Positions 25,417 to 39,500 of a stretch of DNA of 64,000 nucleotides are shown piece by piece. The stretch lies in contig CM007992.1 in NCBI GenBank assembly GCA_002189035.1, forward strand, positions 1,364,001 through 1,428,000, in the 5' to 3' direction. The notes under the pieces are model-generated. The model was not told where the DNA came from, ran no database searches, and was given only the letters and a program-made list of their open reading frames with translations. This DNA comes from Utricularia gibba. Its lineage: Eukaryota; Plantae; Magnoliophyta. A program made the translations under genes and the position numbers. How positions within the stretch are numbered: the first letter of the stretch is position 1; each line of letters opens with the position of its first letter.

Positions 25417-27717
25417 ATGGCCTCCAAGGAGAATTTTCCAGGTCTGATGAGGTGTTCAAATTCTCAAGGTAACTGAAATTTTCAAAGCACTTTGTTATGA
25501 GAAATCGCTTCATCTGAAATGTTGCAGAGTGACGGGTTTCTTAATGGTTTAATAGGTATGGCAATGAGGCCAGGGGATGGAAAAGTATCAACAGGGGTTG
25601 GTAATAACAGGAGGGCATTGAGCGCAATAGACAAGAACATTGTTGTGGATCCTTCCTACCCATCTGCTGTCTACAAAAGGGATAGTCTGAAAGAGTATGA
25701 ATCTCAGAAGGATTTATCTTTTTCTTTATATTTCGAATCCGGAATCACATTTTGATCTTTAAATGTGGTGATCTTTCGTAGAAAGAATACTTCCAGTAAC
25801 AAGAACCGTTCCATCCCGGTTCACCGCCCCATTACAAGGTTCATTTTCCTTATATTCTTGTGTACTCTTGAAAGGTTTTCTTATCCATGTACCTGATATT
25901 ATGAGCGGTCTGAGTACTATAACATATATCATGAATATGAAGTTGTGATGGCTCTTCAGGAACTTCGCAAAAAGAGCTCTAAGAGAACAGAAGCAAGAAC
26001 CACAGGTACTTGTTCTTTCTTCTTGCATAATGCTTCAATTGTGGTATGCAGGGCAGGGACTTGTTGCAATAAATTTAGTAATATGTTGTATTCTCAGGCG
26101 CTGAAGCCTTTGCCTCAACCTGCACCGATTCCTCTTGAATCCGAAGGCTGCATTATCATTGAGGTAGATGAAGATGTGCCATCTTTTGTGCAACATACAG
26201 AGGCTATGCTGGAAGAAATATATAGAATGGTGCTTCTCCATTTTTCACCTTCTTTTTTCTTCTCTCGTGTCTTGCTGATTCTCAATGTTTTGAGTTTGTG
26301 TGCAGGATGCAGAAGTTGAAATGGAAGACGTTTCTGAGGAAGAGGTAGTGATGGATATAGACAGCACAGACAAGAAAAATCCACTTGCAGTTACTGAGTA
26401 CATTGAAGAAATTTACATGTACTACAAGAAAGTAGAGGTGTGGCATATCCCATTTCTTTTATGCTTACATTCTAACCAGCACTCTAGTTTCATCCATGCT
26501 TACTATTGGCACCAGGATGATTCCCATCTCACCTCACATCTGCATCGGCTCACTTGCGCATTTTCCTTTGATCTTAATATCTTTTATTCAACATAGTTTC
26601 TCTTACACTGCCTGATCTTTTACTGCAGAAACTAAGCTGTGTCCCTCCGAATTACATGGAACAGCAGCCTGACATCAATGAGCGTATGAGAGCTATTCTC
26701 ATTGACTGGCTCATTGAGGTGCAAATTTCTGATCTGGTTGTTGTGTTTGTTGCGCAAACATCATCATCCATGAACCCAATGATCATTGATGGCCTTTCTG
26801 TGTTGTAATCTTTGCAGGTGCATTACAAGTTCGAGCTGATGGAGGAGACATTGTATTTAACTGTCAATCTCATTGATAGATTCCTAGCAGTCAAGCCTGT
26901 TGCAAGGAAAAAACTGCAACTGGTTGGGGCAACGGCTCTTCTTCTTGCCTGCAAATACGAAGAAGTTTCTGTTCCCATCGTGGAGGACCTTATTCTGATC
27001 TCAGACAAGGCTTACAGCAGACAAGAAGTGCTTGAAATGGTTAGTTGTCTGCCTGCCTCTCTCAGTGAATGGAATACAAGTTCTAACTTCTGGTGTGTAC
27101 GAACCTGTAGGAGAAGCTGATGATCAACACCATGCAGTTTAATCTATCCCTGCCAACTCCATATGTTTTCATGCGGCGTTTCCTGAAAGCTGCGCAGTCG
27201 GATAAAACGGTTTGTTTCTTTCGCATCTCCAGTACCTGTTTCCTTTGTTCAGAAGGTCATTGCCTCCGGTAACTTGTCTAGCAGCTGGAGCTCCTGTCAT
27301 TCTTCATAATCGAACTCTGCCTAGTTGAATACGAGATGCTTCAGTTCCCTCCTTCCTTGTTAGCAGCCGCTGCCATCTTCACAGGGCTGTGCACTGTGAC
27401 TGGGCGGAAAGAGTGGAGCAGAACCTGCGAAACTCACACCAGCTACACAAAAAACCAGCTTCTGTCAGTCATTCAAAGCATAATTCTGCTGTTTTCTTTC
27501 TTTTTTTTTTTTTTTTTCAGAAACAGGAGCTCATGGGCAATGCATATTATTATCTGTTTCCTGTTGCAGTGATTGTGCAAAAATGATGGTAACTTTCCAT
27601 CAGAGAGCAGGAACTGGGAAGCTAACTGGTGTGCATAAAAAGTACAGCACTTCAAGGTATGGGTATGCTGCTAATGCTGAACCTGCTCTTTTTCTTCTTG
27701 CTGATGGAGAAACATAA
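25417..27717 (+). CDS. CYCB2: G2/M cyclin B2, multi-exon
   Basis: MASKENFPG|..[12 protein letters not shown] (D-box)..[79 protein letters not shown]. All exon phases are consistent. Confidence 0.96.
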
Positions 27718-27991
27718 CGGGGAAGGCTTTTGGGTTAACTGTAACACTGCATCAGAGAATGCAGGGGCCACAAACTCAGTGTTCTTCTTGAGCTTTCTCT
27801 TCTTGTTGGTATCATCATTTCAATCCTTTGTATGTAATAGACTACTCATGATGAAGCCAACTTTTGCTGCTTCAAAACACGAACAACACACGACAGAGTC
27901 ACATCCTGTAAACCGCAATGGAAGTTGATGTGAAATAAAAACACATCGTTTCATATATGTTGTAACTTTTGTTTGGCACTACGCCTCACTA

Positions 27992-30900
27992 CTAGTCATC
28001 TCCTATTCCTTGAACCAGCTTCGGAATGCTGCCACTGTTACTTGTAGTTAAAGGAATCGGATGATCACTCTCCTCGAATTCTTGGAGTCCCTCTTCAACT
28101 CGATAATAAGCCTCATGACAAACACATCAACAAAGCGGTAAGGGAGGGGTTCATGCAATTAAAAAAACATGAGATTCATCAATGAACATACCACACATGT
28201 ACGCGAAGGAGATAGCACTTGGAAGGAATTTGGCCGGTTCTTGAAATTTGATTCAGGAACACCTGGTTTTCCTTCCGGGGATGTGAAATGGTCTACATCA
28301 TGTCCAATCTGTCAAGAAGTGAAAATAGTGAACGTCGTTAATGAAAACTGCAATGAACCACTGAAATGTTCAACCAAAAAAGCTAGAAAGAGAAGTCCTT
28401 ACTCTCCCAAGTCCGCCAAATTCCCATGCATCACTATCCAAAGCGACTCTATATTTTCCAGGCATATCACAACCGACCTTATACCTGTGCATAACGATGT
28501 GAAGAGAAGCATGAAGAAAATCAAGCAAATGGTGGCATTGTACCACTAAACGATTTACCCTTCATATGTATTTTCTGGGTGGAAGTTGAACACAAACACC
28601 AGATCGCCACGTTCAAATACAATGACCTGCAAGTAAAATATACTGAATCTAAACGAGAAAATTTCTCAATTGTATTAAGGAAGTGAAAACAAAGGCCATG
28701 GGAAGTCCTCTTGCAGTAACGTCAGCAACCTTTTCATTATCATCCATGCTGCTAACAAACTGTTTTTCCGATGATAAAAACTTGAATTTCTCATCCAGCA
28801 TATTCATGGCTCGGTCAAAAGCATTCATGAACTGCATTTACAATTCAGAGGGTGAAAAATATTGATTCAAGTTTCCCACAAGTCAATAATGTGAAAGAGG
28901 ACTTCAGCTTTTGTTTCTACAAAATCATTTAGGATCAAGCAATAAGATTGCATCAGTAATAAATTAGAGAAAGCTGGGTGGCCCAGAATTACGCATATCA
29001 ATCATAGAAATGGTTGCATGGAAAATAATGCAAAGCAAAGAGACCTTGAATCTCAAGTGATCAGCATCAACAAGGTTCCATTGACGACGGCATTTGTCAT
29101 AGCTCCAATCATTGCCTTCCCTAGGGAAGTCAATCCATTCTGGATGCCCAAACTATTCAACGAGAGATTATCAGAAACATCTCTTCCACTTATATGAACA
29201 AAGTCCCTCATGCAGATTCCAATGCAACTTTGTTGAGAACACGCATTTATCATTTATATTCGCAAATCTTAACAAACTTCCGAAAACAGTGTCCTTTTAC
29301 AACATTAGTTTATTTTCTAGTTTGTAGGATGAATACAACCATCTTACCTCATTTCCCATAAAGTTAAGGTATCCCTCTCCACCCAATGCCATTGTTATGA
29401 AATGAATCATCTGATGGACATGGGAAAAGAATCTATGTTAAGTTTTATGACATGTAAGCAACTGTTTAAAATCCACAAGCATTATGTACCTTATGAAGTG
29501 CAATCCCGCGCATGATAATTGGAGAAGCTTCATTCAAACAGGACATACCAGAGTACATTTCTTTATCCATCAGGAGAAATGCAATGGTTTTGTCACCAAC
29601 AATCGCCTGTCAAACTCCAAATGTTAGCGTAGGGGAAGTAGCAGGGAGTATGAAGTATGGGGCAGAATGTGTTCGATTGCGAATACCTGATCATGACTTT
29701 CAGCATATGCTATACACCTCTCTGCATACCTCCTGTTTGTCAAGCAATAACTTATTTCCCCCATGCTCCACTCTTCATCCTTCTGGTTTTTCAAATAGTT
29801 AATCCACTTGTCAGGAATAGCCATTGCAAGCCTATAATCAAAACCAATCCCTCCATCAGAAACAGGTCTACTAATTCCAGGCATTCCAGAAACATCTTCC
29901 GCGACTACAGTTGCATTTGGCAAGATGCTATGTATAAGATCATTGGCCAGCATTAAATACAAAATCGCATCAACATCTGTCATCATATTGAAGTATTCAT
30001 CGTAGTTCCCAGTAAATGCCATGTTTATTCCATGGTGATGATACAGCATTGAGGTCACACCATCAAATCGAAATCCATCAAACTTGAATTCCTCTAGCCA
30101 CCATCTCAGATTTGAAAGAAGAAATCGAAGAACTTCCCAGTTTCCATAGTTGAACAATCTGCTATCCACAACTTGTGATAACCGCGATCTCCAGTATGAA
30201 AATAAGAGTCTAGTGAGCCCTGTCCAACATCAAAACCATTGAGGCCATCCGTAATGTTGTTACTTGCATGGCTGTGAACAACATCCATCAGGACTTGAAG
30301 ACCTAAACCATGTGCCTTGTCAATCAGATATTTGAGGTCCTCTGGGGTCCCAGATCTACTACTGACAGCAAAAAAGTTTGTGACATGATACCCAAAAGAT
30401 GCATAGTATGAATGCTCCATCACAGCCATCAACTGAACTGTATTATAGTTATTTGCTCGAATGCGAGGCAGAACACTATCGGCAAAATCCTTGTATGTAT
30501 TTACACAAGGTTCTGAACTACTCATTCCAACATGTGCTTCATATATGCGCGGTGACTCAGGTTTAGGCGGCCTAGGGTGTTTGAAATGGTACCTGACAAG
30601 CTAAACTTCAGTCAGTGTACTACAAAAAGAAGCTAACAGCCAGTTAGATATGTTATTCCGGCAATGTTTTTTTTCATATCACATAAATCTGGGAAGAACC
30701 TTTTCAACACAACAGATAATAAAAAGCAATGCCCCAAAATTTAGAAACTGAACTACTTCACAATCTACCTTTCCTGAGGCGGAGGATCCCAATACACACC
30801 ATCATAAGGTGCACCGAATCTTGTAGGATCCTGAGTTGCATACTTGATCCAGGCAGGGATTCGATCGACCCACAAACCATTAGGTTGCTTAAATCTGAAT

Positions 30901-32235
30901 TTCACCCTTGAATTATGCGGGATGGCTGGATTCCCATCAAATCCAGGTATTCGAATGCTCCATAGACCATACTCATTTTTCTCCATTTTATGGTCTGATC
31001 CTCTCCATCCATTGAAGTCACCAATAACTTCTGCTTCCCTGAAGCAAGTTAAAAATAAGTTGGGACGTAGACAAATGTCTGAGTTGAGATAAACCGGTCC
31101 TTAATTCAATAAAATGTGAATTAAAACAATGAAGATCTTATAATCATAAGAAACGTGGACTGACAGAGCAGCCGGGGCCCATTCACGGTAGATGATGCAA
31201 CCATCTTCTTTATTGAATCCAAGTTTCTGGTAACCTGCTTGAAGTCATATCAGACAACTCGAGTTACATTAAGCTCTTTTCACTGCCTTTTTTACGGAAT
31301 TATGAATAACATCAATATTTCCTAGGAGCATTACATCTTTTTGATGACACAAGTTTAAATGAGAGAGGCTAAAAAAGTTGAAGGGCCTCTAAATTCACGC
31401 TCAAAAACTAAATGTAAAATCTATCTCATACGCTATCAATACCTTGTGCAAACTCTTCAAGGCTTCCCTCATGTTTCTCAATTAGTTCTTTTTGATCCAT
31501 GTATCTCCTTAACCTGTATGTGAAATGATCTCTATAAGATTCCAACGCGGATCTAATTGGAAGAGGCCAATTGTTTCAACATCCTTTTTCATATTCCCCA
31601 CAGTAGAATGATCGTCAGAGGTGAGAGCAGGTAACATTGAACCGAGTTGCTAACCAGGAAAATGGATCCACAGTTCAGTGATAAGCACACTACAAGAAAG
31701 TCTTCAGTGAAGCAGAAATTCCAGGAGCAGATATACTTACTTTTCCATGACTCATACCGCTTAAAACAGAGATTGCTCTATGATTCGCCAGCAATTTGCA
31801 AGAAGTGAATGCTTTTCTGGATTGCGTCTTACCAGTGCAGCGGCCACTGCATGGATCCTGCGAGAAAATTGAAATAGACACCCTTAGCCTAATCATTACT
31901 CAGCGGTATAAAGCCCAAGCCGACACCGCAATCCTTTGAATAATCAACCCAATCATACGCACAGGCAATGTGCTAAAGCATATTCAAGGAGACAACAGCC
32001 ATAACTGTTCACAATTCTCATCAGAATCGCCGCAAATAAATGAACCACAAAGCGGTATATCACGCAAAAAAAAAAAAATGAAACAGCGATCAAACCAATG
32101 CGGATTCTTCACTTGCTGCAATCAACGACGAAACCCGAGCAGCAGCCGCATACAGAGGGTTACTCGAACTGTGCATCTCCTCTGTTTAGAAGCAAAAGCT
32201 AGTTGGAACGGTGGAGTGAAGAGTCGGGCAAGCAT
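27992..32235 (-). CDS. SBE1: Starch branching enzyme I (GH13, SBE1 class), multi-exon; two apparent -1 frameshifts
   Basis: Exons give [113 protein letters not shown]. Frame breaks occur at 31549-31550 and 30166-30167. Confidence 0.95.
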
Positions 32236-33425
32236 TCTCTCTTTTGAGATGGCAGTTCCAGTTGCCGACCACACACTTTGATACTGCCAAGGCGATATTT
32301 CTATTTCCACCCTAAAATCGCCGGTTTTATTTTATATAATAAAATAAAATAATTTATTTTTCTCGACAATTTTTTTAAGCAAGTCTAATAACAATGTATG
32401 TTTAAAATAAAAAAGTAATATTAAATATGATTATCTTAAATATGCATATCATGAAGTGATCATTTTTCTAAATAAATTTATTATGGATGTATATTCAAAA
32501 TAAAATTTTATGTACTCATGAATATGTTTGATATTATAATATAGAATATTTAAATTTAAATTTACATATAAACAGTTATCTGATTAAATAGCATATGTAT
32601 GCAAGTCTAGTATAATTATATCATTCATTTTTTGAACATGTGGATAATATACACAAATGAAAAAAAAGGAAGAGGATTACTTATTATATTTTATTACTTA
32701 AATATAAAAATATTCAATGATATTATATTTTAATATTTTAATATTCTAATATCAAATGATTTCTATCTATTATATTAGTTTAGATTATATGAGATCATTT
32801 TATATTAAATACCATAGATTATACATTTATCTATGGAGAATTGGTTTATTTGAGATTGCTTTATATATGTTATTTGTTTTATAAATTTATAATAATGGAT
32901 AAAATAAAAATTTAAAGATTTAATATCAATTTAATATCATGGTTTGTGACTTGATCCTCTATCATGAATTATACTTCCATTTTAGCTTGAATATGAAAAT
33001 TATAAACCATATTTTGAAGGTTCATTTTGTAAATTCACAATTTCTGTTAAACACTACAAACCAAACACTTATGAAATACAATTTTAATATTACTAACTAT
33101 ACATTATATTAAAAAAAAAATTCCATTATATAAAACTCAATAAATTAATTTTTTTATTTTAATGGATTACATAATTTTTCTTAGTAATAATTTTGTTAAA
33201 AAAAATATGTCAAATTTAACTGGAAACTCACTTAAATATATGGGACGGGTTCGCTGGTTTTCTCCATTCTAAATTTACAAGTTAGAATAGAGCAGCAATA
33301 TACACAACATACAGCACATCAAAAAACAAGAAAGGAGTTCCGTTATACCCTTGGAAGGTATCATCGTCTCATGGTGATGGTATACCTGGCCGAGATGCAG
33401 GGGTTAGAGTCTCCGGGGGATGTTT

Positions 33426-36400
33426 TCAGGCGGAGATAGTGATGCCTAATTCTTTTGCGGCGGCATCCACGAACTGAATCGGCAGTCCGGTGGCGAGGCG
33501 GCTGTGCGCTTCCCATGTCAGGCACTTCTTGATCTCTGCGACGCAGTCGGTTGTGCCGACCTTCAAGAGGGCGTACGGCGGGCTGCGGATGGCCTCGGCG
33601 TCGGCGTCGGCGTCGGCTCTGATACTGGAGGTTAAGATGCTGGCGTGTAAAATGGCACGGAGGACGGATGTGCTGAGGGCACGAACATGCGCGCTGGGAT
33701 GGGAGACGCAGCGAACCGTGGCGGGAAGGCGGCACTGCAGCAGGTAAGAAACCAATGTATTGAGAATGGGATGGTGGGTGGATGTTATTATCAGGGGATG
33801 GGATGATGATACCTTCAATAGATTGGAGAGGCCGTCTGCGACTGGGAAACCGGACTCTCCCCATTCTATAACTGGTTCGACAGCTCGGGCTGTCACTTCC
33901 AGCAGCTGTTGAATGTTGGATGACACAAGAAACCGGTGAATTTTGCAAATAAGGATGGGGAAAGATGATTGGTGATGTTAATGGGAGGTTTGCTAGAGGA
34001 ATGGTGCAGCTTTAATTACCTCTAGCTGAGGTAAAGTGCATGCTTCTCCATCAACCAGCATGCCGTCGGTGGCACGGAGCAGGACATCTGATGCGCTAGC
34101 GAGAATCACCAGAGACTCTGGGTGATCGTGGTTTCTCATTAACTCGACAAGAACCTTCACTATTCGCTGGTTGATTGTCCACATCTTTTGTCCTTGATCA
34201 TCATCCTTAGCAATCCAAGGTTTTAATTCCCTCTCGGCCTGAGAACAAGTGTCAAGGAGTTCCAAAAAAACAATCAAAAAACTAGAACAGTTGGAAGCCA
34301 TGTGCCACAGAGAAGTTCTTAATTCAGTTTGAAAGCCAAAAAAAGAGACAAGAAAACTGTGGTCTGAACCTGAAGAACAACTGCTGTCACAGCTTTTGCC
34401 GGCGATGCAGATGCCACGTTACATAGAGCAGCAACCACCTGCATCGTTTGGGAAGTGATGATCTGAACTTACCGTGTTTGAAAATTTCAGCATTCAATGT
34501 GGTGAGTAATTAAGGGACTAAAGATTCAGCTAAGAAGGCTAAAGAGAGGATGGATTATTGAGCAGAGTACGATGCCATCATATATAGTTCAAGAAAACAA
34601 AGTGAATTAATTAATACCTGCCTCCAACCTTGCTGAGCGGACGTGCTCTCGGCGCTAGGTTGTGTTTCAGGAGATACGATCAATTTGTGCCACAGTAAGG
34701 AAACAACAGAAACACATAGTTCTTGCTTTTCTGCAAGAACAGATCTCAGAAGAACCTGGGAACTGCAACTAAAACCGATATGTCGATCCATAGTTAAAAA
34801 GTTGGCCAAATCTGAAGCATCTGTAGGGAGGCTTGCCAATCCCTTGCCTACATTGCATCTTTCATTGTCAAAAGAAGCCCCCTTCTCCTCCAATGCTTCT
34901 GACTTGGAAAAGTTTCCAGTCTGTTGTGAAGATGGATGACCATATTCTAACTGGCAACAGCTAGCACAGCTGTTGAGTTTTTTCCCGTGAAAACATGCAG
35001 AGTCCTTAGCTGATGGATTTTGAAGAAGATGCAACTTCATCGGTTCGACTTTGTTTACTATAGAAGCAATTACCTTACTATGAATGTTGATGAGACTGAA
35101 AAGGGAGGATGCCCTGGACTGAATCTCCTTGTCCAACTTGCATCTTACCAAGGCAGAAAGAGCACACATGCAAGCTTTAGAGTGCCTAAACAAATGAGAT
35201 ATGTGGGCTGCGACCATTGCAGCAGCCACTATTTCATTTGAGCTATAACTCCATGAAGTTCCAATGGAAGACGGCTTCAAAGAAAAAAGGGCTTCAAGAA
35301 TTGCTAACATTCTTCGGGTATGTTGAACTGCTAAATTAATGCCATCCTGAAACTCAACATTCTGATTATTAACCATTGCATTCCCACTAACAGAACTATC
35401 TCCAGCATCCAAGAGATTACAGCCTTTGGAGATCAAGGGGAAAAGCTGCAATTCACAGGATAAAGCACAGACAGCAGCAATGATATAAGAATCAAATGCT
35501 GCGACAGGGCCATGCTTTTTAACCCGTTTACCATCAATATCTGTTTTCCTCGCACTAGACCCGTCTTTGCCCAAATCAGCGGAATAAGAAACTTCACCTC
35601 TTGGCCTTTTGCTGCCACTGGGCTGTGCCTCATTACTAACGCATACAGTTAACACAGCAAAAAGAAGGCGGGAGGCAAGTTCTACTGATGCACGGGACTC
35701 CAAGAATAGGGAGTGGACCATTGTCCGGAGCTCAGCCACGGCAAGATTCTTTGATGCAGATCCAAAGGCATATCTTGTTTTCCTATTTTGCTCCCTAGAA
35801 GACTCGGGAGGGAAAGTCCTCTGGAGAACTGCTTCTACAGTAGCGACAAATATCTTAATCAGGCAGGTTTCGGATGGACTTCCACGAGGAAGATACTCAA
35901 GTACTTTAATAAGAGGAATGTATAAGTTCCAAGAAAGTGCAGGAGTCTGCAGAGGTGTTGCAACTATGATCTCAGGAAGATCTACAGCTGAAGAGCTCAA
36001 AGGAATCAAGCCATAAGCAGCTTCCCATATTGTACAAATTCTCCATTCAACCTCTGGACCATGTGCACATAGCATTGAGGCTATCCCCTGGGCAGTAGCA
36101 TCAACTGTAGCTTCCGCAGCAGGAAATTCTTTTTGCTAGTGCAAATTGGAAAATACAAGTCAAGAAGACATGTTGAAGCAAGGAATAATATTGGACAGGA
36201 TTCAGAAAGTCAGAAAATAAAACCTGCTTCCTAGCAATGGAGATATAGCCAGCCAACGGTTCAAGCTGTACTTCAATTCCTTCAACTTGTCTTAGAGGAG
36301 GAAATAGTAAATCTGGCTGAGAGAGTACTCTGAAAAGTAAAGCAGCAGCAGAATCTGCAGCCACCCCAGCTCTCATAGACATAGCAACTCCAATAGCACG

Positions 36401-38592
36401 CAAGAAATGCAAGTGCATCCAATTCCTTGGAAGCTACAAACAACAGCATTACATAGGTGTTAAACGCAATGACCACCCTGAATTTTTTTTTTTAAAAAAA
36501 AATCATACAAAGCAGGTTACAAGGGCACCCAAAAGGAACGGGGAATGACTGCAGTTGCTATATAAAGAAAATCTTTCAGAGAAATATGAGGAAGGGGTGA
36601 GAATGAAGTTGGATGGTACCCTCGTGCCAGATGAATATTCTTCTGCTGCACGGAGGAGTTCAACGAGCCTCACAGCAGCATCAAGAGCATCAGGAGCCCA
36701 GGATGGTGGAGCTTCAAGAAGACCAAGAAGTAGTCTTTGGGTTGCAGTTGGAGTAGCATTTGCATAATATCTGAATCACGAAACAAGTTTATGGAAAATC
36801 CTTAGTTTTAGGATAAACATGTCCAAAAAGTACCTATGGAACAGACGGGCATAAGGCTCGAGAGCTGGGAGACCAACAACAAGATGCTCATCCATGGGTG
36901 TTGTTGGGGGAGGAAGCAAGAGTGCAGGAACAGCAGCAGCTGTTAAGGCAGAAGTTCCATAGCGAGCTTCTTCTTCATCACAGACACTAAGAATCACCCC
37001 AGCACCATTAGCAACGGCCCATCTTGGGGTTGATGGCATGAGCTGTGGGTGCTTTCCCGAACCACGAGAAGAGGCTTACAAAACAAAAATTCAAAATATT
37101 ATAAAGAGATCTCTTATTTCAATACACCTTAAATAACATGAGTAAAAGGAGAAATGGTCGGAGAAGCAAAAATGTTGTATAAGATATTCTTCAATAATAC
37201 ATCTATACTTATAGGAGTGTAGCCATCGTCATACAGCATAACTAAATGAGTCTTGACAAATCAAAAGGAACTTTTTTAAGATCATAAAGATGCAGTGACA
37301 GCACAACTGACCAAGTGATGGTGGTTTTAACTCTCCAGCCGCATATTTTCCCATGACACCTCCACACCTACGGGCAATAGTATTAGATAAGATGTTAATG
37401 CATATGCCTTTCAACAAAATCTCCACCAGCGTAGTAAACTTTTAAGAGATCAGTCAACAATTTTCTTACAAACAGTAAACATAAAGGGTTATATATAAAA
37501 AAGGTACACATATGGTTTGAACATCAATGTGTCTGTAAAATAGTCCTTTATCCTACTCTCTTACCATCGAAAATAATCACTTCTAATACCAAGAGGTGCT
37601 GCAAGCAATATATCAGCGATCCAGGATGAAAGTGGCCTGATGGGTTTCCTCTCCGGAGTTGTGGGAGCCAAACAAGGTCCTTCATCCACCGACTTACTAG
37701 AGGAAGCCTGATTCCCACTGCTGCTTCTATCTGCTTCGCTTTCATGGCGATCACTTTTGTTAATTGGTCTGTTATAATGGGTTAGGATTCGTAAAATCTC
37801 CCCACATGCAAGGGCCCATTGTTCGGAGTGATCATTCTGAGATTACAGAAGAAAAAAGCCAAATCCATGATCAGAATACTAGGCATATGTTACAGACACA
37901 ATGCCTGAATAAATTAGAGTAGTTATGTTTACCTCGCCGTTAGGGCAGAATAGAGAGATGAAAGAAGAAAATGGAGCACCATTTCGATCGTACTCCAAGA
38001 TATTATCAATAATACATGAAATAATCGGGAGAATTACAGCATGGCCATGCTCTGGATGATGAAGAAGAAATGCGGCTGGAAAAAAGAAGAAAAAGTCAGA
38101 TGGAAAACTTCCAGGAGAAGAAATGTTATGGGGTTAAAATTAACCACAGAACAGGTACCAAGAACATCATCAAAAAGCCTGCGTTGTGATGGATAATGAC
38201 TCCTTATAAGCTGCAAACAAGTTTATACTACAATTAAAAGTATGAAGTAAAAAGCCTGATACATAAATGGAAATCAAAGTTTGTGCTCGGGACTGAGCCA
38301 GGATAATGAAGCTGCAACGCTTAAAGGATTGCAAGCTGCCAAAAGAGTACCTCTGCTATCTCATCAGGAAATTGTTCCGAGGTAAACTGGCCAAAGTACT
38401 CAGCATATGCAGCAACTTGGGCCTTCATAGAGAAAAAGCATTCTAGTAAGATGATGAAAAAGTTTATTTTCAAATGATCCGTCGCCAATAAAAATCTAAG
38501 GATACCTTTCGTTGATCTTCATCTGGTGGTGGAGGCCAAAACAATGAAGAGATTTCCAAACTTTCGATCCACTTCCCACTTACAGCTGCCAT
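33426..38592 (-). CDS. GI: GIGANTEA clock/photoperiod protein, multi-exon
   Basis: MAAVSGKWIESLEISSLFWPPPP..EQWALACGEILRILTHYNRP..GKHPQLMPSTPRWAVANGAGVILSVCDEE..LPRNWMHLHFLRAIG..MLCAHGPEVEWRICTIWEAAYGLIPL..DGMLVDGEACTLPQLE..CLTWEAHSRL. Exon phases are intact. Confidence 0.97.
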
Positions 38593-39305
38593 AAAACGTG
38601 CAATAGTTCGAGTATAAGTATCTACGAGTGTAGTATTTTTTGAATAAATCTACCAATGTATCATTAGAAGGCTATAATTGAGCATTTTCAAAAGAACAAC
38701 AAAAATCTCTGGAACTGATCTTAGAGCGCAATATATCTGTTCACTTCTTTTTGATTTCTTCCTGCAGAAGCTTCAGGTGCCAAATGTCCAAGTTCAAAAA
38801 CTTATGACTTCCTGATAAAAAAAAATCCAAAAATCAGTTCTTTGATCTGAAACAAAAACAACAAGAAACCAAGAAATCAACGACGGCAACGATTAGCCTT
38901 CTTACGGACTTGAAATTAAACAATTATACATCCCCTAGATCCAAGATCAACTTACAAAAACACTATTACAGTAACGCGCCAATTGTTTTCATTATTTTTC
39001 CTACGATACAAAGCAGAAAAAAAAAAAGCAGCCCTGAAGCATCAACAAAAATAAACTTCCACTAATTTCCTACAAAAGTGGACTTCTGCATACTAGATCT
39101 TCTGGAGCCGGATCCCGCACGAATTACTACAACTCCCAAGTTAAAATAGAAAATACGTAAAGAAGCAAATTCAACCAAAAAAAAACTAAAGAAGAAAACG
39201 TCCTCGGCTCGCCGAACAGAAAACAAAAATCGAAAGACGAAGGAAATGAAAGTGCCTTAATTCCACGGAAGCTGAAGCAACGATTGACGGAGTGGTGAAA
39301 AACGC

Positions 39306-39500
39306 AGATTTTTTTCGAGGTAAGATTCTGGGTGGAGACAGAGGGAGAGAGAAGGGAGGATCTTTACCACGCATTTGGTTCAAGCATACGTGGCGACGAT
39401 ATTTTCCTGATGCCGCACCATGTCCATGTGTCATGCATCATCCATCAAAGTATCCATGGATACCATGCCATTCCCCATACCAATAATAAAAAAAAAATCT
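39306..39500. promoter_or_regulatory. GI proximal clock module: CCA1-type sites, evening-element variant and ABRE-like motif
   Basis: AGATTTTT 39306-39313 and AAAAATCT 39493-39500 (CCA1 binding site), ACGTGGC 39388-39394, and CGATATTTT 39397-39405 (8/9 match to the evening element). Confidence 0.55.

Noticed and set aside
33735-33812. 78-nt stop-free in-frame GI intron (and the 63-nt MUB intron at 54330-54392) as regulated intron-retention exitrons
   Set aside because: Short 3n introns without stops occur by chance at an appreciable rate, and there is no transcript evidence.
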